Notes under the pieces: generated by a model
The model's input: only the letters and a program-made list of their open reading frames with translations
Told to the model about the DNA's origin: nothing
Database searches by the model: none
Part shown: one piece after another, positions 26,973 to 33,333 of the stretch
Layout of the letters: each line of letters starts with the position of its first letter
How positions within the stretch are numbered: the stretch's first letter is position 1
Assembly (NCBI GenBank): GCA_023485645.1
Contig: JAMCZM010000016.1
Location: 3,210 to 39,794, forward strand
DNA: 36,585 nt
DNA from: Candidatus Marsarchaeota archaeon
GTDB lineage: Archaea > Micrarchaeota > Micrarchaeia > Micrarchaeales > Micrarchaeaceae
Reading direction: 5' to 3'
Program-made: the position numbers and the translations under genes

Positions 26973-27798
26973 GATGAGTATAATATATATGGCGGTAACA
27001 TCGGTAGTGCTTCTAATAGCTCTTGCAATGGCTCCGTATGCAGCTCCTGGTCTTCTTTTTTATATTATATTATTTTTTATAGTGATAGCACTTGCCATAA
27101 TAGCTATACTAAATTGGGCTGATTTTTTAATATTTCCATTGGTTATGGGCAGGCTTGGCATAATCTTCGAGCCGGTAAAAGGTTATACTATCTCAAAGAA
27201 TCAGGAGGCTGTAATTAAACATGTAGGTGAATTATATTATGCGACTGGGTATATAACCGCAAATCTATACCCATATGAGTTTAAGCAGGAATTTAGCGAT
27301 CAGGAAGTTCAGCAAAAAATAGTTAATGCTCCAGATGTTTGGGAGCGTGCAGTTTCGAGCATTGACTTTCCATTTAAATTTCATGTGCTCTCAACTGGGA
27401 GAGACGTGCAGAAGGCAAGGGATGAGCTTGAGGGAAAACGTTCCTATCAAGAATTTCAAATGTCAAGAATGATGCAGAATACAAAGGGAAATGAGATGGG
27501 AATTGTTGATGTACAGAGGAAAATAAATATACTCCAAGCAAAGATGGATCGGTTATCACATGGCGAGAAGCCTATATCCACAATTATGTATATAGAGACA
27601 GCATCAGTTGGAGTTACTGAGAAATCCGCTCTGGATAATTTATCTGCGCAAATAGAGCGTTTGCAGGTTGCAATGAGTTCTATGGATATACAACTAATAC
27701 GCGTTGTAGGTAGAGAATTATATACACTGTTTAATTTTACATTCTCGCTGCCGACAAATTATATACAGGCTGCTGGTTATTTTGATTTGCAGGGTTGA
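26965..27798 (+). CDS. TM-hairpin protein with soluble domain, VirB4 N-terminal-domain-like (paralog 2)
   Basis: An ATGGATGA overlap joins it to the upstream gene. It has two TM helices, then EPVKGYTISKNQEAVIKHVGELYYATGYITANLY...FKFHVLSTGRD...STIMYIETASVG...MDIQLIRVVGRELYTL, collinear with the upstream ORF. Confidence 0.45.
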   Translation: MDEMSIIYMAVTSVVLLIALAMAPYAAPGLLFYIILFFIVIALAIIAILNWADFLIFPLVMGRLGIIFEPVKGYTISKNQEAVIKHVGELYYATGYITANLYPYEFKQEFSDQEVQQKIVNAPDVWERAVSSIDFPFKFHVLSTGRDVQKARDELEGKRSYQEFQMSRMMQNTKGNEMGIVDVQRKINILQAKMDRLSHGEKPISTIMYIETASVGVTEKSALDNLSAQIERLQVAMSSMDIQLIRVVGRELYTLFNFTFSLPTNYIQAAGYFDLQG

Positions 27799-27802
27799 TA
27801 AA

Positions 27803-29317
27803 ATGACACTAATGAAATTTCAAAATATAATGAGCAATGAAATAGCAAAGAGAGTATTCGTTACGCGTCCGCCAGAACCTCCAGCAAATATACTAATTGG
27901 CGATCCTCTAAAATCTGTGTATATAGGAACTACAAAGATGTTTAAGGTTCCATTTACTTGGACATATGCCAATTTAACAAATCCCCATATAGCTATTGTC
28001 GGTATAACAGGATCAGGAAAGAGCTATTTTGTAAAGACATTTCTTGTTCGTGCAAATTATGTATGGGGTACAAGTGCGGTAATAGTTGATTGGGCAGGCG
28101 AGTATAAAGCATGGGTAAAGCAGAGTGGTGGCACTATTGTCTCTCTTGGAAAGGGCGCATACATAAATATAATGGATTTATCTGGAATGAAGCCGTTAGA
28201 TCGTGTTAAGCAGATAATGAACTCATTTGAGTTGTTGACTGATATATCAGACTTTCCTGAGCAGAAGAGGCTTACAGAGGAGGCGATAGAGCAGGCATAT
28301 ACCAATATGGGATTTAATGTATCCGAAAAGCCGCTCGCAGGAAAAGAGGCCCCAACGCTAAAGGATGTTATAACGCTGTTTCAGGAAAAATTGCAGGATG
28401 GCACGTATGAATATCCTGCAGAGCTTGAAAATGCTATATATAGGCTTAGGCAGTTCGCGCGTGAGGGTGAGGATTATTTTGCTAGGAAAAGCACTATAGA
28501 TCTAGGTCAGTTAGCATCTTCAGGTCTTGTAGATATAGATCTATCCGGTCTCCCAGACGAGCGTTTCAGGGCTCTAGCCGCTCTTTTCATATTACAAACA
28601 CTAAAAGAGAAAATGCGTTTTGAGGGATGGAGCGAATCCAAAGGGCTAAAGACTATCGTTGTGCTTGATGAGGCATGGAAGGTGGCTAGCGATAATAGAA
28701 GCGATGCAATAACAATAGTTAGGGAAGGAAGAAAATATCAGTTTGGATTAATTGTTGCGTCTCAAAATCCTACCGATATAAACGAGGCAATATTCTCAAA
28801 TGTAGGCACAACATTTATATTAAGAATAAAATTTGAGAAGTTCATAAATTATATACAGGGTTCATTAAATTTTTCAGATTTTATAAGATCCGAAATAACC
28901 AAATTTGGTGTAGGGCAGGCTGCTGTAGAGATGGCATTTCAGACTGCAATACGCTTTCCAGAGACATTTATATTGGAAAAAATCTATGGGGAGGAGCCAC
29001 TTTCCGTATACAATATTGATCTAAATGGTATATTAACGCAAGCCGAAATAGCGGCAAACATAATATCTCGGGAGTACCAATTCGAGACAAATGAATTTAA
29101 GAACATACTAATAGAGTACAAGTTCTCTGCGGAAGATATTAATGCAATAATCGGAGAGTTTGATCAAAAGAGCAGGAATGTGGGCATAATAGATCTTCTT
29201 GTTCTATTTAGGCAATTTGGTATGAATAGCAACGATATGGTGCGCTTTTTAAAAGGGCTTGGCATTGATGATTCATTAATATCTAGAATAATAACAAGGG
29301 TGGGTAAGAATGGATGA
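27803..29317 (+). CDS. VirB4/TrbE/TraC/CedB-class ATPase (FtsK-HerA superfamily), C-terminal motor domain only
   Basis: Walker A GITGSGKS lies at 28001-28024. Walker B IVVLDEAWK has DEAW at 28667-28678. The downstream segment VREGRKYQFGLIVASQNPTDI follows. The ATG at 27803 lies 4 nt after the upstream stop. It is the only P-loop protein in the cluster. Confidence 0.8.
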   Translation: MTLMKFQNIMSNEIAKRVFVTRPPEPPANILIGDPLKSVYIGTTKMFKVPFTWTYANLTNPHIAIVGITGSGKSYFVKTFLVRANYVWGTSAVIVDWAGEYKAWVKQSGGTIVSLGKGAYINIMDLSGMKPLDRVKQIMNSFELLTDISDFPEQKRLTEEAIEQAYTNMGFNVSEKPLAGKEAPTLKDVITLFQEKLQDGTYEYPAELENAIYRLRQFAREGEDYFARKSTIDLGQLASSGLVDIDLSGLPDERFRALAALFILQTLKEKMRFEGWSESKGLKTIVVLDEAWKVASDNRSDAITIVREGRKYQFGLIVASQNPTDINEAIFSNVGTTFILRIKFEKFINYIQGSLNFSDFIRSEITKFGVGQAAVEMAFQTAIRFPETFILEKIYGEEPLSVYNIDLNGILTQAEIAANIISREYQFETNEFKNILIEYKFSAEDINAIIGEFDQKSRNVGIIDLLVLFRQFGMNSNDMVRFLKGLGIDDSLISRIITRVGKNG

Positions 29318-29618
29318 TAGCAATACGTTTTCAATAAACAGGTTGGATCTAAGAAGAGTTTTGCTTAATCTGGGCCTATCTGAGAAGAATATTGCTAGTT
29401 TATTTTCAATGATGGAAAAAAGCCACAGACATATAAACGCGATAACGCTTGCGTCAACGCTTGAAAAGATGGGTATTAATCGTGATAGAATAAAAAATGT
29501 ATTCAGGCGCTTTGGCATGAGTGATATACGCATACATAGGATAATGAATCAAATAGACGAGCAGCGCATAATTAATGAGACTGGAAAATTGTACGAAGCA
29601 ACGCTGGACAATAGTTGA
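29310..29618 (+). CDS. Small soluble protein with three helix-turn-helix-like hGhxxxxhxxhh repeats
   Basis: An ATGGATGA overlap joins it to the ATPase gene. The repeats are LGLSEKNIASLF, MGINRDRIKNVF and FGMSDIRIHRIM. Two more copies of the same motif occur at the ATPase C-terminus. Confidence 0.6.
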   Translation: MDDSNTFSINRLDLRRVLLNLGLSEKNIASLFSMMEKSHRHINAITLASTLEKMGINRDRIKNVFRRFGMSDIRIHRIMNQIDEQRIINETGKLYEATLDNS

Positions 29619-29623
29619 TTTAA

Positions 29624-30043
29624 ATGGGAAAAAATATTAATGAATCAAGATGTATAATGTGCGGAAAGGCAGTAGATGGCATTGATGTAAAAAATGATTA
29701 TGTAATAGATGCTATACGCTTTTTTAATAGAAAGATTTTGCATAAATACAGAAATTATAGGCTTGTGGTATGCAAGGACTGCTATATAAAATATAACAAG
29801 GGAAGAAAGGGGTTTGTTAAAAAACAGGCAGCATATATCGGAATAGGTATAATATTTGCGATATTTCTAATGATAGGTTCTGGCGGCAATCTGGTTGCGC
29901 TATTTTACGGGATAATTGTTATAATATTTATGTATGTGCTTTCACTTATTAGCTATCTACCAGCCCTAAAAATAAGCGATGCTAATAAACACATATCAAA
30001 GAATGAGATTATAAAGAAAAAGCAGAGGTTTAATAAATTTTAA
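29624..30043 (+). CDS. Zinc-ribbon (CxxC...CxxC) protein with two C-terminal TM helices
   Basis: CIMCGK and CKDCY pairs occur in the N-terminal ~55 aa. Hydrophobic segments AAYIGIGIIFAIFLMIG and LVALFYGIIVIIFMYVLSLISYL follow. Confidence 0.65.
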   Translation: MGKNINESRCIMCGKAVDGIDVKNDYVIDAIRFFNRKILHKYRNYRLVVCKDCYIKYNKGRKGFVKKQAAYIGIGIIFAIFLMIGSGGNLVALFYGIIVIIFMYVLSLISYLPALKISDANKHISKNEIIKKKQRFNKF

Positions 30044-30063
30044 TTTGTCTTAATGTTGATGCT

Positions 30064-30795
30064 ATGTCTGATCAAAATATTGGCGTTATAGAGCCAAATG
30101 TTGACATGTTTTCATTTAGTGGCACAATGAAAGGAAGTTTCGACGATCTCTCTAGGCGGTTATCTACGCTGCAAAATTTCTCATTAAAAAAGATCCCAAA
30201 TGGAATAATGCTATATTATGTGGAGAGTAGGGACATACAAAAGAAGCCATTTCTATTTCAAATAATAAAATTTAGCAATAGCAATGTTGAGGTTGATTAT
30301 TCAATATTAAAAGATTCCAGCGAGAAGCTAAGAAAGCTGCATGTTTTAAGGGGTTTTATAGGAATTATATCGCTGATAACAGATATATTCATAATAGATA
30401 CTGTAAGTTTGTTTCAGTATATAGATTCTGCAATAGACGATACCGTATCATCATTGTCCAAGAACTATAGCGTGCTTTTCAACAATTATGATTCATTGCT
30501 TGCAGAGTACAGAGAGATGCGTCGCTTAAATGTTGAACTGAGCAGCTCAAATAAAAATTTGACCGTAGAATCTGCGAGGTTAAATACGGAAAACGAGCAG
30601 CTAAAGGGCAGGTTAAAAGAACTTGAAAACTATTCGGATGAGTCTTTAATGGTTATAGTACAGGATTGGATAGAGTCCCATGATAACACTATAGACATAA
30701 ATGAATTTTCCAAAACTTATAAAGTTGTGCAACCGCGTGTAGAGCAGATATTAAATAAGATGGTAACATCTGGCTATATAGAGGCTAAGGGCTGA
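30064..30795 (+). CDS. Cytoplasmic coiled-coil protein with C-terminal winged-helix-like domain
   Basis: A heptad-like segment reads LLAEYREMRRLNVELSSSNKNLTVESARLNTENEQLKGRLKELENY. The C-terminus is INEFSKTYKVVQPRVEQILNKMVTSGYIEAKG. Confidence 0.6.
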   Translation: MSDQNIGVIEPNVDMFSFSGTMKGSFDDLSRRLSTLQNFSLKKIPNGIMLYYVESRDIQKKPFLFQIIKFSNSNVEVDYSILKDSSEKLRKLHVLRGFIGIISLITDIFIIDTVSLFQYIDSAIDDTVSSLSKNYSVLFNNYDSLLAEYREMRRLNVELSSSNKNLTVESARLNTENEQLKGRLKELENYSDESLMVIVQDWIESHDNTIDINEFSKTYKVVQPRVEQILNKMVTSGYIEAKG

Positions 30796-30948
30796 GCTGA
30801 TGATATATAACATAAAAATAAAAAAGCACGCGCGGAATGTAAAAATATATACGATAGTTAAAAAAATAAATACAAAGAAAAATAATTTCGTTACGGCTAT
30901 TTTCATGAAAGCATTTTCAGGTAAGAAAAAAGATGGTGAGTATTGAGC

Positions 30949-33333
30949 ATGGCTGGATTTGATATAAAAAAGCCAAAAAATATATTGATTATAGTCGCAG
31001 TGCTTGCAATAATAATAGTGTTTGCCTATCTGTCAATCTATATAAATAGCATTTTGAGTAGCATAACACATGGGGCTGCGCACTATACATACGGTCTTAA
31101 TGGCTATATCAACTATCATAATATACTTTTTTATAATCAGAGCAAATATCTTGTACCCTATTTTATTATCAATTATAATTATAAAAATGAATCTAACTTA
31201 TTTGTTAATGGATCAATATACTCCGAGCCAATACCCCGTAACATATATTTGTTAAATGCATCAAATGAATGTGTAAACTGTAATAATTTCAATACATTGC
31301 GAGCAGCACTTGCAAATGATCTTGTAAGTTATGGTGTGATAGGAAATGTGTCAAATCTTTTGCTTATAAGTCCAGACAATTTAACACAAATCCGCAATAA
31401 TTCAATATTAATTTCACCCACTGGATTTTTACCATCTCAATTATTTCAGAATGTTTCAGAAAATATGACCGTTTTCAAATTATTGATGGAGCGTGGTACT
31501 AGTTTAATTTATGTTGGCGGCGCGTTAAATTATATGGTACTACCTGGTAGCATACAGGTTATAAATAAGGAGCAGCCATACCAATTGGCTATGGGTGCAG
31601 AACCTTATAGAAATCAGAGCTTCTATAAGTCATTATTTAATAGCAGCATGGGGTATATGTTCTTTCAGAATGCCACATATGTATTAACAAGAGGAAATAA
31701 TTTCTGGCTTGCTGATTATATAAATATTTTAAATGGTTCATTTATAGCAATACCAAATTATCCAAATACGTGGAGCACAAATAATCTATCGCTTGCATTA
31801 TCAAAGGGAACATCAGAGCTCTTCTGGTTGCCAATATATAGCTCCGGACAATATCATATTTCAAACAAAAATGTCACCGGCGACGGAAAGCTTGGGCTGT
31901 TTTTAACTTCAACAAATTTGCGCTATAACGAGAGTCCAACTACGCTTCTAAATAATTCGTATGCGCGAATAGAACTATATACAGACAAAGCTTATTTGAT
32001 ACCTAATGGGAGCAAATACTATTACATTTATTATAATTCAAAATATATATTTAATGGGACAATATCTATGCCTGGATATGTCATACCTGAAAAGTTAAAT
32101 GGTATAAACATAACTATATTTACACACTCAAATATAACGCAGATTATACAGCCAAATATAAATATAAAAAATCAGAATGGTACAACGATATACTCCCATC
32201 CATTACCTTATATAAAATCCTCAGGCAATTTTTCATTCATACAAAATGAGATATTTAATTTATCTCCTGGCAACTATCAATTTTCAGTGGTAAGTTTTTC
32301 TGGATATAACTATGGTACTGCGCTGCTTTATGTGCCTCCAATTCAGATAACGCCGTTAAATATTAACTTTACAAATGGTACATTCTTATTATATCTAACA
32401 ATGAACCAGCAGCAATTGAATAATATAAATTATACAATAAATATGACTAATAATTACTCGCAATCTGGTAGAATAACCGATGGCCTCATATTCTATAAAC
32501 TGCCTCAGAATTACAAGGAGCCTTATGGGAATGTTTCATTTGATATAAATATGCTAGGCTCAAAGTTTCCGTTTAAAATCGACAATCCTGCAATAAACAT
32601 AAGTCTAACGTCCGGAGATCTTTATGTAATCATAGTAATAATTATTGTCATAATTTTGGTCGTATTCGTACGTGATCCAATACGTGATGACTTTTATGTT
32701 GACGTCCCATCAATACCAAAACAAAAGAGCATAAATGTTGTGATAAAAAGTAAGGATATAATAAATGCGTTCGATAGACTTAACGTATATTACCATTGGA
32801 AGTACATGCCTTTAAACATAGAGGAGATACGAACAGCAATAGCAAATAATATACGTGATAATAATGTGCCGCTATCGCTTACCTATCAGAATGTAGAACT
32901 TTTGGTGGAAGAATTAGAAAAATCTGGCAAGCTTATAGAATATGATAACCTATACGCTCCAATAGATTGGGTGCAGCGCTCTGGGCATGACATTGAATAT
33001 ATCGCCACGTTTAAAAAATTAAGATTATGGTTTGTTTCTCATGGTTATATAATAAATGAGATGGATACCAGCAGCGCAGCTGATATAATAGCGACCATAA
33101 AAGGAGAGAGAATATACGTTATTATTTATTCAAGCACAAGCAAATTCATAAATATGCCATTATACGAGAATGCGCAAACATATCTCGCATTTATAAATGG
33201 TGATAGGCTTAATGAATTCAACGAAAAAATATCTGGTATGGTGGACCTTAATATTCAGAGGCTGAAATTATATATAAGTTATGGAGAGATAAAGCTTATG
33301 GATGCAGATAAGCCTGAAAAGACCATAATCTAA
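30949..33333 (+). CDS. Large bitopic membrane glycoprotein: N-terminal anchor, ~530-aa sequon-rich ectodomain, second TM helix, ~220-aa cytoplasmic domain
   Basis: TM1 is ILIIVAVLAIIIVFAYLSIYI. The ectodomain carries many N-x-S/T sequons. TM2 is LYVIIVIIIVIILVVFV. The cytoplasmic tail has a wHTH-like segment (LTYQNVELLVEELEKSGKLIEYD) and a nuclease-fold-like segment (DIEYIATFKKLRLWFVSHGY...ADIIATIKGERIYVIIY). The ATG at 30949 is preferred to the TTG at 30943. Confidence 0.75.
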   Translation: MAGFDIKKPKNILIIVAVLAIIIVFAYLSIYINSILSSITHGAAHYTYGLNGYINYHNILFYNQSKYLVPYFIINYNYKNESNLFVNGSIYSEPIPRNIYLLNASNECVNCNNFNTLRAALANDLVSYGVIGNVSNLLLISPDNLTQIRNNSILISPTGFLPSQLFQNVSENMTVFKLLMERGTSLIYVGGALNYMVLPGSIQVINKEQPYQLAMGAEPYRNQSFYKSLFNSSMGYMFFQNATYVLTRGNNFWLADYINILNGSFIAIPNYPNTWSTNNLSLALSKGTSELFWLPIYSSGQYHISNKNVTGDGKLGLFLTSTNLRYNESPTTLLNNSYARIELYTDKAYLIPNGSKYYYIYYNSKYIFNGTISMPGYVIPEKLNGINITIFTHSNITQIIQPNINIKNQNGTTIYSHPLPYIKSSGNFSFIQNEIFNLSPGNYQFSVVSFSGYNYGTALLYVPPIQITPLNINFTNGTFLLYLTMNQQQLNNINYTINMTNNYSQSGRITDGLIFYKLPQNYKEPYGNVSFDINMLGSKFPFKIDNPAINISLTSGDLYVIIVIIIVIILVVFVRDPIRDDFYVDVPSIPKQKSINVVIKSKDIINAFDRLNVYYHWKYMPLNIEEIRTAIANNIRDNNVPLSLTYQNVELLVEELEKSGKLIEYDNLYAPIDWVQRSGHDIEYIATFKKLRLWFVSHGYIINEMDTSSAADIIATIKGERIYVIIYSSTSKFINMPLYENAQTYLAFINGDRLNEFNEKISGMVDLNIQRLKLYISYGEIKLMDADKPEKTII

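Noticed and set aside
10967-27802. ORF-track 5' extensions using alternative starts (10967, 12868, 20919, 22546, 26133, 26941, 27782, 30943, 34961, 35753)
   Set aside because: In each case an in-frame ATG slightly downstream removes an overlap with the upstream gene or a non-homologous extension. It also gives a typical N-terminus, for example MSELISIVIPTLNE for the GT2. Coordinates were adjusted accordingly, so true starts remain uncertain by a few codons.
17175-29317. Interpretation as a type IV pilus / archaellum locus
   Set aside because: There is no class III (prepilin) signal peptide on the small proteins. There is no PilB/ArlI-type secretion ATPase (the Walker B here is DEAW, VirB4-type), no PilC/ArlJ-like platform signature and no prepilin peptidase.
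27803-29317. Alternative assignment of the ATPase as HerA (HerA-NurA repair) or FtsK
   Set aside because: HerA typically shows DEAH rather than DEAW and sits next to NurA/Mre11/Rad50, not inside a 13-membrane-protein operon. FtsK has N-terminal TM helices and a gamma domain. This is a motif-level judgement only; phylogeny is needed.
30800-30946. Unlisted 48-codon Lys-rich ORF (MIYNIKIKKHARNVKIYTIVKKINTKKNNFVTAIFMKAFSGKKKDGEY) in the gap before the 796-aa gene
   Set aside because: It could be a small basic protein, but Lys/Asn/Ile-rich short ORFs arise by chance in A-rich intergenic DNA. No motif or start signal supports it, so it is left unannotated. Ribosome profiling or conservation could revive it.
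17127-33333. Interpretation as an integrated conjugative plasmid/ICE or provirus
   Set aside because: No integrase, relaxase, VirD4/TraG-type second ATPase, replication gene, capsid or terminase gene, tRNA target or flanking direct repeat is visible. The right end has no intergenic DNA at all because it overlaps the top6B stop. This cannot be fully excluded without the wider genome context.
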